The notes: a model not told the origin generated them from the letters alone. A stretch of DNA of 64,000 nt from Oopsacas minuta (GCA_024704765.1 JAKMXF010000323.1:62001-126000), one strand, 5' to 3'. Shown: positions 1 through 14,300, counted from the stretch's first letter. Program-made: numbers and translations.

Positions 1-1077
1 TTAAATCAAAAGTTTGATAGCAAAGTATTTTCCTATCCTTAAATCCATAGCATTTCCATTGATCGAATTGTTTTGCCGTTGAGTTATGCCATGTTTCCTT
101 TCGTAATATCCGTATCCTGTATGATTCTGAGCGAGAGAGTTCAGAAAAGTTGACCCCACGTTTGACGTTGAAATCATTTACCCTCCCAGCCTTGAGCGTC
201 AGAATGTTAAGTAAGTATTGAAAATAGTTCATGAATCCACCATTGCTAATTTGACAATCAGAATGATCTACGTTCTACAGCTTTAAAGCTGACACATGTT
301 TTTTGTTGGAATTCACCTCTCTGTGTGCAAAATCTTTAATGTCAAACGGCCGAACAAATATGTTCTTTTGGATGATCCGTTTTCCAAACTTTTGACAAAA
401 AATGACGAGCGCTTTACTTTTCTAACTCTACTAATTTATTGGTTAGATGCTTGGCAATCCCTTCCTTAGAAAGGCGCAAGCTAATCAAGCAGGCATTCAC
501 AAACTTCAGGCATGTATGTGCACAGTTGCCTCAAATTACCAAATATCTAACAGAGAACTGCGGCTATTATTAGCTATTAACATCATTCTTGCAAACAAAC
601 CTATTGGAGCACCATTTTGGTCTCCATTCTATCACGTCGGGTGCTAATTATCAAATCTCATATCTTCAAAACTTAGATTCAGAACGCCGCCTCAAAGTTT
701 CCAACATTTAGAAATTTATTCAACTAGACATTTTCTAGCAGTTCTTCTTTCCAGGATTCATTGAATCTTTCTCATTTGTGAGTTATGCGGAGTCAAATAT
801 TGAAGTCGATCCTGATCCATTGATTAGAATATCAGATTTATCTGTCGTTGACTGTAGTAGGAAGATGTTACAATCATTAGTGTTTATGGCTGGGTATTCA
901 ACAGGAATCCAATTCAGTACATGTTTTTACAACTCTCCATTTGCGGTGGTTGAAATACCCTTTCAAGTTAGTCCTCGAGTCAATCCTTAAGGTTTGGAAA
1001 TTATTCTTTATCATAGTGAATAACAACGACCTAAAGTCCATTTTAGTAGAAGGACCATCCAGAAAAAAAATCTAGAC

Positions 1078-2120
1078 CATAGCCTACTAAACATAAGGCC
1101 TAACAGTTACTCGATTTGTGGCACAGGGGTGCGGTGTTAGCTGAAAGCATTTATAGACATAGTTTCTTTAGTACAGAAAAATGCATTTTTGGCTGAATAA
1201 GTGTTTTGCAGATTTGTAGGACATCAAATTACACAAATAAATGGGAATAACTTTTAGGAATGTGCAAAAATATGTGCCTAGTAAGCATTCATTTTGTAAA
1301 ATATATCATTCTTTGATACCTTGTAGAACGTTTAATATTGCATTTACCAACTCAAAGTGAATAAATGAAATGATCTATAGATCCTTTTATACAAAATGTC
1401 AAAAATTTGTCATTCAAAAGTTGGCTTGTTGTTGAGTTAAGGTAGAGGCCATGGATGGCAATTTTTTATGAATATTCAATTATAACTAGAGAATCATTAA
1501 AATTATCGTAAAATCAGCGAAGGCAATTTATACTATTTACTCGACTTCTCACACTCTTGCAATACATTTTGATATGATATCTCTCACCAATGTGACGATG
1601 TCCATATATGGTCATTTTCAATATTCTGCAATACTCTTCAATTATTTCATTTCTAAATGTATCACAAGGGTATGGGAAGTCGAAAAAATAGTATAAATAG
1701 GCTATCCTGATTTACGATAACTGTAATGATTCTCGTGTTATAGTTGAATATTCATAAAAACTTGCCATCCATGGTCTCTACGTTAACCCAATAACGAGCC
1801 AACTTTTGAATGACAAATTTTTGACATTTTGTATAAAAGGATCTATAAATCATTTCATTTATTCACTTTGAGTTGATAAATGCAATATTCAACATTCTAC
1901 AAGGCATCAAAGAATGACATATTTTGCTAAATAAATGCTTGCTAGACAGATATTTTTATACATTTCTAAAGGTTTTTACCATTTATTTGTGTAAAATTTG
2001 ATGTCCTACAAATCTGCAAAACATTTACTCAGGCAAAAATGCACCTTTTCTACAATAAAGAAACCATGTATATAAATGCCTGCTACTTTTACTGTTAGGC
2101 CTTATATTTAGTAGGCTATG
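1078..2120. mobile_element. Non-autonomous foldback element with P-superfamily-like termini
   Basis: Near-palindrome with arms of about 480 bp. Both ends read CATAGCCTACTAAA(C/T)ATAAGGCCTAACAG, flanked by the direct repeat TCTAGAC (1071-1077, 2121-2127). No ORF. The same terminus bounds the P-like remnant at 30636-32684. Confidence 0.8.
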
Positions 2121-2849
2121 TCTAGACCTATGAGGTACACTAATCTGAATCAGACCTAATGAGATGCCCAGTGGCTTAAATCTGTTTGAAAGCTTAGCTT
2201 GAACCGGTTGAAATGAAATGAATTTGAAATATTGACATTTATATTTTAGGAATTCATGAAGTATTCGAATTAGCTCCGAAAAATCTCTTTAGGGTCTACT
2301 CTGATTCCATTTGGGAGATGATAACTTTCAACATCCCCTAGGGACTTACGCTTATGCTCAGTACAATGAGTATGATTCTTAATGAGAATACACCTATAAA
2401 CCAGTTACCTGTGAAATGATTTGTCGATCAGATTATGAAAATTATGTAATATTTTGTTTCTATTCGAAAGGAATTTATAACTTTACTATTTTAACATTGT
2501 AAAATTGGAAATTCCTTTCGCACGACTAAATTTAAATAGGTTTCTGGTAAACAATAGTTAGTATATGGAGAACATTAATACAGTTGGGCAATGAGTAAAT
2601 TTGGAACAGCAATCACTTCCAATTTACCACCAATTTCTTCGAAACGCTTGAAGGTTGTAAATACAGGCTTTAATGTAATTAAGAATGAAATTCTATATAG
2701 ATGGTATTGACACATGAAAATAGATCTCACCAAGAATAGCCCAAATAATTCAGCAAAATTTGTAGATATGATCACCAATAAATAATTTCGGTATATAATA
2801 CAATTCTAAATAGATAGTATTCATTCTCGCCAAAGATGTCTGCACGATT

Positions 2850-3060
2850 CTAGCATATTTTGATTAACGAATAAGTACAAACTACTGTCAGCACAGGCCA
2901 ATAGATACTCAAGGGACCATGGTAATCAGTGTTGCAGCAATCTGGGAATTTCATGACAGGAACGGGATATGATGGTCTTTTCTGGACGATCGGACTGGTC
3001 CAAACTGATGGATCGTTACAGACTACTAACATAAACCTGGTCAATTCGTGTTCATCGACC
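2850..3060 (-). pseudogene. Possible LTR-retrotransposon integrase remnant
   Basis: PVPVMKFPDCCNTDYHGPLSIYWPVLTVVCTYS loosely resembles the integrase core start (D-x-x-GP...LxvvDxyS). Very degenerate. Confidence 0.25.
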
Positions 3061-5199
3061 CTAAGGTTTTTTTCTCATGATCCGATATGACGGATCATCA
3101 GAAAGCTGCGAGCAAGATCCATGCCCTGCACGATAATGCGAAGCTTACACTCCAATAGAAGTGGTCACAGCGAAGGAGAAGGCGACAGAACAGGTGCAGA
3201 CAAAGCTAGAGGAGCACAAGGCGAATGTGTTGCTCTCTTCAACCTCTCTACGATCCTGAGATTAGAGCAAGTCTCCACGCGTAAGTCGGAAGCCATCCTT
3301 GCATGGGGAGAGCGGAACGGTCTGGACGGTACGAGCAGTTGGCGTTCGAATAACTACAACTGGCCCATCGCCACCGCAAACGTGCGTGCAGAGGCAGATG
3401 CTGAAGGCGCGTGTGTGGGGTTTGGAGTACAACGGAATTATGTTCGGGGCCACCTACTGAGGTAACACAAAGGAGTAAGTCCTCGAGGTGAAGGTCAAGG
3501 GTACTGTGGAGTTTGCCAGAATGCTGGATATGGCCGCTGATAGTTCAGGTGAGACCATCATAAACGTTCGAATTCAGCTGGTCACCGATCTCGATATGGA
3601 GGGCAAGAACCTTACCAAGTTAGCAAATGACGGTGCAGATGCGAAGACCCAAGGGCGCTGCCAAACTCCTATCTGACTTGGCCGAGGATCAGTCTTTACG
3701 AGCTACATTGTTCTGCACAGTATCAATCTCTCAGCTGTTGACGTGTTTGACGAAAGGTCCAACTGCCCACGTGGAAATTCCAATAAATAGTCACCTTTCT
3801 CTTAACATAATAGAGAATGGTTATTATTTAATGGAAGAAAAGAAATACAATATTTGAAAATACGGAGTCAAGATATTGTATTTGAATATATATAAGAAAA
3901 TAAATATATAAACATATTTGGCCCTGATACTTGACATTGTTCAGTCGAAATAATGAAAATTTCCCCATCAAATTAAAGCTGTTTCAGGAAGGAATCTACG
4001 AACTAAAATTTCAATGTTTCTACTTTGGGTAGAATTTCCACGGATATTTAACATCGTATTAAGTTAAAGTTAGTGTTGGAAGAAAAACTAAAAACTATTG
4101 TGTACTACCTGCAAGATATACTATGATCGCTAATTAAGGACAATGTATGATTTCAGAGAGGAACTTATATTTTGGGATTCAACGTTCATATTTTTGTTCA
4201 TCAAAATATTTGTGACAGGAAAGTTTCGGATATTTTACACTTTTTCTAGTATCATAGAAATAATTAAATAATGACACGATTTGGCTTGAAACGTATGAAA
4301 TGAAATATTTGCGAATGGCAAGTAAAAATCTTGACTCAGTAGATAACATTGATTTACCAAAAATATTTTGGGATGTAACATTTGCGTTTATCACCCCTTT
4401 CGATAGATGGTAATATTCTTAATATATCGACATCAGTAACCTTTAGACAGGTTAAGTAACAATTTCACTTCAGGTAGAATAAACATCCTACAAAATCACA
4501 CACTACGGCAATATCCGGGAATAGGCACAACTCCAAAATGTATTTGAATGCATTTTCCGAGACTCCATAACGGACAGAGTTGATATGAAAGGATCTTTTC
4601 GTTCAAAGGAGCTTTTCATTGTCCTGCGCTCAAAGGTTAGTCCGCTTGGTATTCTAGAGCATTTAACTGAGGATAGAGTCTTAGCAAAAGGGGGCACCGA
4701 ATGTACATTCTTTACTTAGGATACAAGATGCACCCAAGAATGGTGAGAGTCCATTAATTGAGGAATTGAATTTATCGATCGAACTACAACATGTAATTTA
4801 CTACAAGCTGATAGTATGTTAACTAATGGTTCAAAATCGTTCAAACAACATTTTAGAACCACAGAAATTTGGTATTAAGACGCTAGTCAGGAAAGAATCG
4901 CACATAACAAGTCTCTTGATACTCATAATGAGATCATCTTACATTTATGGAAAGCTATATACAATATATTTTAGAAATACTTGTGTTGTAGATGTAATAA
5001 CTTACATTTGTAAAGCACAACGTGGCATATCTAAGTCACTGAAAGGGGCTATATTATGTAAAAAGCAGGTGACACAACAATCAAGGAGAGACTTAGGGGA
5101 GTGGCTAATAAGTTCATAACAGCAATGAAGTTTCAGCTCAGGAGGCTACCCATCATCTTCTAAGTCTCTGCTCTGTCTGAATGCAGCTGGGCTAATGTT

Positions 5200-8130
5200 T
5201 ATTTAACACTAATCTGTTTGAAAAATGCGAAAGAAATTTAAAGTGAATGGCAGTTTTACAAAGTATGGCTCAAGACATTATAGTGACATTCTTTAGTCAG
5301 GTCTAATAGAACACGTCATGCATCAACATGATAAATTAAGGGACATTTGTTTAGCAAAATTAGCTTCAATGTGTGATTTCCAACCTACTCAGAGAATTAC
5401 TAAGATCAATCCTGAATTCCACCAGGATAAGTATGAAGATGAGACTAATCCTCTTCCACTAGGGCGTTCAATAAGTCTTGCGAGTGATATCATAGGACAT
5501 GATACAAACACTAGAAACTAATTCACTATATTATTTATTCAAAGTAATCCCCTCCTGCAGATACACAAAGTTTTAATCTTTCTACCCATTTGTAAACACA
5601 TTTCTGTACTCTTCTTCGGGGATGGATTTGAATTACTGGTACAGGTCCGTTCCGATTGCTTGTAATGTGTTGAATCTTTGTCTTGAAGGTAGATTTTAAG
5701 CTTGGGGAACAGCCAAAAATAACACGGAGCTAGGTCTGGTGAGTATGGTGGATGGGGAAGTAATTCTAACCCTTCTACATCCAAGAAATCTTTGGTAAGC
5801 TTAGCTGTATGGGAACTGCCGTTATCAATTAAAATCTTCATTCCTCGAGTTCCTGTTTTCGGGCGGTACTTTCTATATTTTTTATCAAATTTGGAAGCAC
5901 TTGCTCTGTAAAGAAAATAGCAGTAACAGCCTTGCCGCTCTCACAAGGTAATTGCAAGACAATTCCATGACTACTGAAGAAGATGCTATACATAATCTTA
6001 GGTTTTCTGAAGTCGGGCCTAGGAATTTTGGCCGGTTATTCATCGCCCCTCACCATGATCGCTTCTAATAATTTCTATATGGTGTTGAATAGTACACCCA
6101 CGTCTGGTCACCAGTAAAAATCTCTGTTAGGCATCTAGAATTGCAGTTCTCATAAGTTTCCAAGAGTTTCTGGGCAATATTCAGTCGTTCCAACCTTGGA
6201 TTCTCACTGAGCTTATGTGGGACGCATTTCCCACAAATCGATCGGTAGCCAAGCTCAGTCGTCAGAATTCTGTAAATAGCTTCCCGATGAAATCTCCATT
6301 CTTTGTCCTAGCTGAATATCAGTAATGCACTTGTCTTCCATGACCGTACATTCAATGAATGCGATATTCTCTGAATTAGTGGCGGATACCGGTCTCCCAG
6401 TTCGAGGCAAATCTGTGGCATCAGAATCACCAGATCTAAACTGGGCAGCCCATCGCTATACAGTAGATTTGGAAGGGCAATCCATGCACAATTTCTTCTG
6501 TAACTCGCTGAAGATCTGTACTGGCTGGATCTTGAGTATTGTGCGAAACTCTATGTAAGCTCGCCATTTGAGGTTGAAATTATCATCCTTTGAAGCCATA
6601 CATTCAAGAGTGGGTTTAAATTGACTGCACGTAATTATCTCAAAAATTCATAAATTGCATTGAATAAGTTTGAAACTTTCAGTATACGGAGTTTAACTAT
6701 ATGGGCTTATAATATATGAAAGTTAAATCTATTACTTGATTATTCCTAAGATATATCATGACCCGCAAGACTTAATGAACGCCCTGAGAGGCTACGCCAA
6801 TTTGTTTCTATACAAAGATTCTGGGAAAATCTCCGCTGTATAGTTAAAATGATTGGATTCGTAGTTATAACATAATGCAGAAGGAGAACAGTTAATGTTT
6901 TATTATACTTGGAGGTTGCTTACGTTTGCTCTGATAGCTTTGACTATAAATCTACCTATGAGAGTAATATTGATGTTATTAGACAAAATAGATCTTGTTT
7001 TGAGAGCAAAGAGCAGACTAATAAATTAGGCTATAGTATGTCTTCGAAGACGTAGATTCTGATCAGCTAAACCTTGAAGGAATTGCTGTAGAGGAGATAG
7101 TGCACAATGAAGTTGTAGCTGTAGTTGAGGTTACTGACTATCTGGTCGACAATCCAGGCGATCAAACTTGGAATGTGGACCCTATTTCGGATATTCTTAC
7201 AAGGGATTCTTCAACGTCCTAATAGGATGGGTGATGATGGGTTTGGTGGAATGCGTCGCAAGTTGAACTCGATTCAGTATATAATATTCATGCATATATT
7301 AAACTCCTTCAAAAACAACAAACAACTTCCGATGTAGCAGTATATTGAGGGAAGTTCTGGAGTCGGTAAGAGTACTGTAATTAGAGCTTTGTTTAAAGGT
7401 TTAACAATGTAATTAACTTATTACCTAGTATTAATCCAGATGCTATTAAAATGTCAAATAGGCCCAACAAACAGAGCAGCTCATTATATCCGTGGTATGA
7501 CATTACATTCTTCCTTTGCTTTACCTGAATTTAATGGTGCAATGCATAATCTTTCTTCCGATATTTCGAGTTCTTCACGTAGTAAACTGTTGGGATTAGA
7601 GATAATCATAATTGATGAGATATCCATGGTTAGTAATATAGTATTATCTCAAAAGATTGTCGATTGAAAACAATATTTGACACCTTTCTTGATTTTTTGG
7701 AGGTATTTCTACTATATGTGTTGCTGATTTCCAGCAGTTAAGACCAATGAATGATAGATATGTCTTCCAAGTACCAAATTCACGTGAAAATTATGATTTA
7801 TTGGTTGGTCCATACCTTTGCACGAAGTTCTCATTTGTGGAAATAACTGAAAGAATTAGACAAAGATGATAAAGAGTTGCAATGGTTGAAATATCTCTGC
7901 TAACTGAACTATGACTAAGGATATTATCAATCACATAAATGGTAGACAAATCAGAAAAGACTCACAGACAAACTTCCTTCTAAGGCTATTCACCTCTTCA
8001 GTACCAATGCTAGTGTTGATACTCATAACGAGCCTGTTCTTAGTGTATTAGATGCGGAAGGGTGTAAATTTACAGCTATTGAATCTATAGCATGTGACGC
8101 TAGTGGAGAGTTAACGAAGAAATGATGGTG
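5200..8130 (+). mobile_element. Decayed Helitron (PIF1-type helicase region), interrupted by a mariner; boundaries approximate
   Basis: Frame-broken PIF1 helicase motifs in order: LNSIQ...GSSGVGKSTVI (Walker A, ~7350), PTNRAAHYIRGMTLHSSFALP, IIIIDEISMV (Walker B, ~7610), ADFQQLRP, LFSTNASVDTHNE. Confidence 0.75.
5539..6600 (-). pseudogene. Mariner (DD34D) transposase pseudogene
   Basis: DNGSSHTA...HPPYSPDLAPCYFWLFPKLK in ORF 5539-5841; upstream HTH-region remnants and the GDQTW motif in broken frames. Confidence 0.85.
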
Positions 8131-8631
8131 GTAATAAAACAGCTGAATGTCTCCGACAACCAGTGAGATTCTTAAGCGCAAGAGTTCGTGGATGGTCAGC
8201 CAAGCTATTGGTATGGACCAAGTTTAGCTAGTAGGTACTGAAGCATCTCATAATTGAATCATGTACGATTTAGAATTACATCATCTTCTACAACATCGTA
8301 AAATCGATAGCCCTACATTTGAATGGAGTAGATGGAGATATGATAGGATTCGAAAGAATTGTGAAGATTTATTTGAATTGCAAGTTTCGACTTGAGTATG
8401 AATATGACAATACATATAAGATTTGATTGAATTTGATCTGAATAAATATAATACAAATTCAGAGCTCAGAATATCGTAGAGGAATGAAGGAAGAAGATTT
8501 ATTTACTACTAGCTCGTAGTTTTAACAAAGTTCACGTCCCTAAGGGAATATACACCCCTGGAACCAAAACTGGAGTAGTGAAATCGATCGTATTAAATCC
8601 AGAAAATTAACAATTTTAATAGCTAACTTAC

Positions 8632-9098
8632 TTTAGATCTAAGGCTCTTAGCAAATTCAGCAGCTCTCAAAAGGAGAGATGCATTACTAAGTCTAGTTCC
8701 ATCAACAGAATTTTTTGGAAGTTTGGCTTCTAATTGTTCAAGCATAGACTTAATTCCAAATCTTCGTTTGTGATCAGAAGAATACCTAAGTGAAATTGGA
8801 GGAGACTGAATGGGTAGTGGTAAAGAAATAGGAATTAGCGTATTCGAGTTAGATAAACCACAAGGAAGTGGGCCTTCAGTAATCCTGGGATTATTTGAGT
8901 TTGAATGGTTGCAAAATCGTTTTGAGGAAGGTACAGGTGATACAGAATCTGCAGTAGTATTTGATTTAGGGCTAGAAGAGAGGGGATTCCGAAAGTGCTC
9001 AAAAAAAGGGTGTAGTATTCGTTGTTGCGCAGTAACCTGCTCTTCTAACTGCATTAATCTTATTTGGAGACATTCAACAATCTTTCTCAAGTCTTCTT
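8632..9098 (-). CDS. Putative internal exon of a bHLH(-Zip) transcription factor, Mondo/MLX-like basic-helix region
   Basis: Open frame flanked by an acceptor (tttgtatttag|, exon starts 9098) and a donor (|GTAAGT at 8631). Encodes a coiled-coil-like start, an S/P-rich linker, then SDHKRRFGIKSMLEQLEAKLP...RLSNASLLLRAAEFAKSL, resembling the bHLH pattern AEQKRRFNIK...KxSKAxxLxxAxEYI. Confidence 0.5.
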
Positions 9099-10965
9099 CT
9101 AAATACAAACAATAATAATAAAATTGTTAGAGAAAGTATTAAAGATGAACTGATAACAAAAAGAATTATTATTACCTGTATTACGAGAAATAAAATATAT
9201 CAAAAAGGGTCAAAGAATACAATATTGTGAAACACAAGGAGCCTGAAACAAATGAAATACCAATATTTTGACAAACTCAATTAATTTTCGATTTATACCC
9301 TCGTCGCAAATTGATTTTAAAGCGAGGAAACAAGGATGTGTAGTTGCCTCAGTAAATATTCCTACAATAGCGATATGAGAAGAGTGAAACGCGAGGAGGC
9401 TCCTCTGCCCCTCAATTATCTACATCTGCTATATTTTGACTACAACAATTTATCTTGTTAGAGTAAAAAAAAGAAGAATGGGAGTGATAAATATTGGGAA
9501 ATCCACTTCCCTCAGGAATTGACAACATTATAGGAATTTATACCAATATGACTCATCGCAGAATCAACACTACCATTGATGGAATCCAGAACTAATCCGA
9601 TTGGAGTGGCAAATACAATGATGTGGGATCCTAAGTGAATTACTACTATATACGAATTCTTAGAATTCAATAATTCATTTTATGAATTTTCTACTCAATG
9701 TTACTTATTCATAATTCAAAATCTTGATTTAGTCGCCAAATGTGCCGGTTTGGGAGAGAGATCGGGCCACTTGGGATGTTATTATCCAAATTTCACCTCA
9801 AAAATTTAAATAGCCACAAGTTTATATAAATTTAATTTAATATTTCCCATATATGATATTCTAAGAAAAAGTGGCCGTAACAGCATATATAATATAGTTT
9901 GAGGTTGAATACCATATAATATTTCTACGATATATAGCTTTATTTGTGCGATTTGACGATATGTATTATACAATTTTATCATAAATCTATTTGTACACTA
10001 CAACCAACTATCTAACAACTAAGATATGCTATAATTCAAAGTTATGCGTAGATTAAATTGTGCGAGATGCGAAAACCGCACATTCACAAGATTAAATATA
10101 TGCCACTAGTAAAGCTGTATAGGTAGTTGAGAATTGTTTTGATGTTAATTATTTACAACGAGTACCACAGTGAGCTATTATGCGAATAACTAGTATTAGG
10201 GTTTACGCGTTCAATTTTGTATATTGGCTTATACAATGCATTATTACTGTATTGTAAGTCGACTACAAAGGTTAGTTTGTTGATTTGATTTTGTTGTATC
10301 ACATCAGGTTTTCAATGTAAGACGTAATATTAATTACCATATACAGTAATACAGAAATCCAGCTATTCACTTAACTTAGTTGTTATTCGAAGAAAATTGA
10401 ATATAAGAATATACTATGCTAACTGAAGAATAGCTAACATGCGAGTATCATATTGATGAATTAATATTAAATACAAGGGGAATTCATCTAAGGACTTTGA
10501 GAATATTATTCGTCACGTTTTCTGCTTTCCTGTGGTTTAGATTATTCGTTTGATGGTCTACTTGACAACAAGTGGAACAAATGATGATCTTTCTGAATTT
10601 TTCATCCAGGATTGTACAACCATAGATGTAGAGCTTCATTGCAACATCTTTAACCTACTTAGAAAATATGATTTGTTACCAGTGCTTGTATTCGCACTTC
10701 CTCCTGGTTGGTGGAATAATACGTTCGTAAACCCATGGATACGCCTGCATAATATACTTCGATAATCTCACACCATTTGATGCTCAGTCTCCTTGAACAT
10801 CCCTGCTGCAACTTGGTAGATAAGGTTCAAGAGCCAATCTAAATCTTTAGATAAGAATGTAAGGTGCTACAGGAAATACATCAATGGCACTTGCAGGTTC
10901 GTGTGTAATCCCTCACCGTAGGTTTGTATTGTTGCTCATCAGCTCTTTTTCATCAGAGGTTAGGC

Positions 10966-11292
10966 CATGTAATATAAACTACTTGTTTCTCATCCATTTT
11001 TTCTGCGAAATAGGGGCTGGGGGCGGCATTTTATATTTATTTTTTGCTTAGCGTAATTTCACTAATTTATTTAAACTATCTCGTTGATACGAATTTCTGA
11101 TAAGACGAACAATTTTCATACATAATCAGGTCCCTACAACCGTACTTGAATGGATATTACTCCGGTTTATGAACTCCGGAAAGGCGAATAAATTCTACTT
11201 GTACGCTCAGTTGGTGTTCGTATTATGCTTACACTGTATATGGGAAAACTAACATTCACTTCCTCTCTATAATCTGGATTATCGTACAATTA
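10966..11292 (-). repeat. Dispersed repeat copy 1 (leader of an unidentified decayed minus-strand ORF)
   Basis: About 330 bp closely matching 51628-51960 in the opposite orientation (e.g. catccattttttctgcgaaatagggg, caggtccctacaaccgtactt). Confidence 0.85.
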
Positions 11293-11399
11293 TATGAGAG
11301 AGTTATAATTTGCAGTTTACATAAACGACTCAAACTATCTTTCTATGCTTTAAATGTAAATGAAATTATGGTAAACGTTCCTATGACTACTTGAACATG

Positions 11400-14300
11400 C
11401 TAGATGTGCGTTCTTGCCCTTACAAGATAAACAGATAAGATACTTTAGCCCTGTTTGAAGTTCGTTATCATCTCCATAACAGTAACATATCGATCCATAC
11501 CCAGCAGTAAAGTATGGAATTTCAATGAGTGTATTACAAGTTAAATTTGCTTTTACGAATACTGATCTCTGTATTAAGTCCTCTTCACCTTCTAAGTCAG
11601 CTAATGTACTTCCACAACTAAATTGAATGTTCTCAACTAGAACATCAGCTGTTCCCTTTGTTTCTTCTTAAGAGAGTGCTTGGAGTACAAGACTCTCCAC
11701 TTTAAACATTCTCCACATTTTAATAAAACTTTGACATTCTTTGCGTATTGTGGAGAAGGGAGAAATGGCATACCTACTGTTTCGGTCGATGACATAAAAG
11801 AAATGGACGATGTTCTTCGCTGGTTTGACTGCCATAAACATCTTCAAAATCTTTGTACTTAGCATAATGAGGAATTAAGTCAGGTAGATGGTGGATGTTG
11901 CAGAATATATCCTTAGAGAGACAAGGAACTTTGCAAATACCACAGTCAAGCTCACCATATTTCTTGACACTAAACATATAATGGCGTATTTTGCAGTGAC
12001 TGACTAGAAAGTCTAAAAGTTGCTTCTTTCCCTGAATTCTGAACTTTGTTGTGTCATTTCTTTCAAGTGAGCTATTGATTAGTTTAATATTTTCCCATAA
12101 AGACGTTATTTCCTCATTAGTTGCTGGATTAAATAAGGAAAAGGTTCTTCTTTAAATTTCAACCGAGTGAACAAGTTTGACAAGACTGTTATAGGAGATT
12201 CTAGTGAATAATTGATACGTTGTTCCAGGCCATGCATGCACTTTGCTAGTTCTCTTATTTGCTTCATATTACTGCATTTCTGGAGTTGATCTTCATAGCT
12301 TGTCCTGGCTCTAACAATTCATACACCTTGTAGTGCTAGGTTCAAAATAGACATAATCTTCTCAGGCGGATTCTTCCAACTGTTATGGGAAGGAGTACGT
12401 ACATCACACAGAGAGTCAAGATAAAATTAATGAATAAGGCAAACAGTGAAATTTATAGTGATACAAAGGTTAAACGGTGGTCCGGAACTCAATCTGTATA
12501 CAACAATGGATGGGTGGCATTAAACCCTCTTGACTATAAAATATCTGATTCAACTCTGCTGCATGTCTAATGGGGCTTGAATGTTCAAATATATTATCTT
12601 TGAGCCCGACATAAACTTTCCCACGATAAAAAGAACCCTCAATTGCTTCTGCTATTATAAAATGAAATTAACACTAGAGGTGAGTGTAAACTTCGTAAAG
12701 TCATGGTCTCCAACAACAATTTTCATTTAGGCTAACCAGAACTGCTCTACCACGTTCCACTGCTGCAACTGGGTAATCTGGTTCACCAACCTTTACATTG
12801 TATTTATCGTCTTGACTGACGAAGGTGGTATATTTCTAAACTTAACACAAAATTCGCGCTCCTACCGATATAGTGCAGAGGGGTAATGGCAATCAACATG
12901 TCTTTCCGAAACTGCCTTGCTTGAACCATGAACCAGATCTTGAGATTTCTAGTATACTACTGGGCAGTAGCCGTGTGCTGGTTTCTCGACCAGAACTGGT
13001 ACCTGTATTAAAAGTACTCTAGTGCATAATTTTTCAAAAATATACAAGTTGAATTTTTGAGCGAAGTTAACGAAAGATTATTCAATTAATTTAATGACTA
13101 CGAATTTGAATGTAGGTATGGAAACACATATAAAGCCATACATGTACATGTACTATATAGTTGGGAATTTAGATATAATATATGTCTCGAACCAACCTGG
13201 AACTTATAACTTAATCAATGTATGTATACAGACCTGAACCATTGGATGGATGGGAGTGGAGTTCCCTCTGGACATCTCTTACAAACCTGATCAAACATAT
13301 CTCTCATACTGAAAGCATGAGCTAAATGAGTCACCACTTCTCCATTATCAACCGCATCGTGGCGATGTTCATCTACTGCAATTTCAATAGAAGTTTCAAG
13401 GTAACGCTTGCATTCTTCTAAAAATACAGTGTATGATTCTGGGCGGCCAGTGTTTTGTATTCTAAAGTCCCAAATTAAATCTGGATCTTCTGTCTCAAGA
13501 AGGGTGAAAACTCTACTATTAACTTCTTCTTCCTCCACTGGGGGAGTAGCGGATACATCACCAATCAGTCTTCGATATGCTTCACTGAGAAATACAGATT
13601 TTGAAATGGTGTAACGACCAAAAGAGTGAATAAATTCCCGTCGCATAGCGCGGGTGTTATATGTAGGTATTGTTCTTCGAAGTTCTTGTGCAATATTCAT
13701 CTTTTTCTTCAACAATTCACCTTCCGTATTGCTTCCCTGGATTTCCAGACGAAATGCAAGTGATTTATACTACCAGTATATGAATACGTGATACATTTTA
13801 CAGGTACAATTATATCATAGTTGTAATCATACCTTCGTTGGGGGCATGGAAGCGAATGATCCTCAATTAAAATCGTTCGAACACTTCAGCATGCAAGATA
13901 GCAACATGAAAGGTTTTATATCAATCAGCTAAGTTGGGCTTGAAATTTAAACTGCGTGGTAATACATCAAAATTATCACCTCATTTGTGCTACTCTATTT
14001 GCTTGGTATTTTTGAACTTTTTGGTTCTGCTTTCCCAAACAAGAAGCATATTTCGTCAAATTATCAGCCAGTTAAAGAATAGTTTCACGTACAGCCAACC
14101 ACTGCTGCCCCTTCATATAGCTGTTGTCAGCTAGATCAAACAATCATACAGATTGTACTTCAACTTCACTTACATTCAACTCTGAGTGATCAATCTTCCT
14201 TGTTTTACTCAGCTCTGGATGTTATACCCCTAGAAGGGTACAAAAAGTGCGTGTATACAACAGCCTCGGCCAGCCAAGGCTTGATGATTGCCACCAATAA

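Noticed and set aside
4500-4720. Possible death-fold/CARD-like exon on the plus strand (ELFIVLRSKVSPLGILEHL)
   Set aside because: Resemblance too weak and short; no convincing splice sites or neighbouring exons.
10166-10172. CACAGTG as the missing partner end of the third RAG1-like element
   Set aside because: The preceding 5 bp (AGTAC) do not equal the 5 bp after 19574 (CGAGT). The nearby CGAGTA is offset by one base, there is no TIR similarity beyond the heptamer, and no transposase core lies adjacent.
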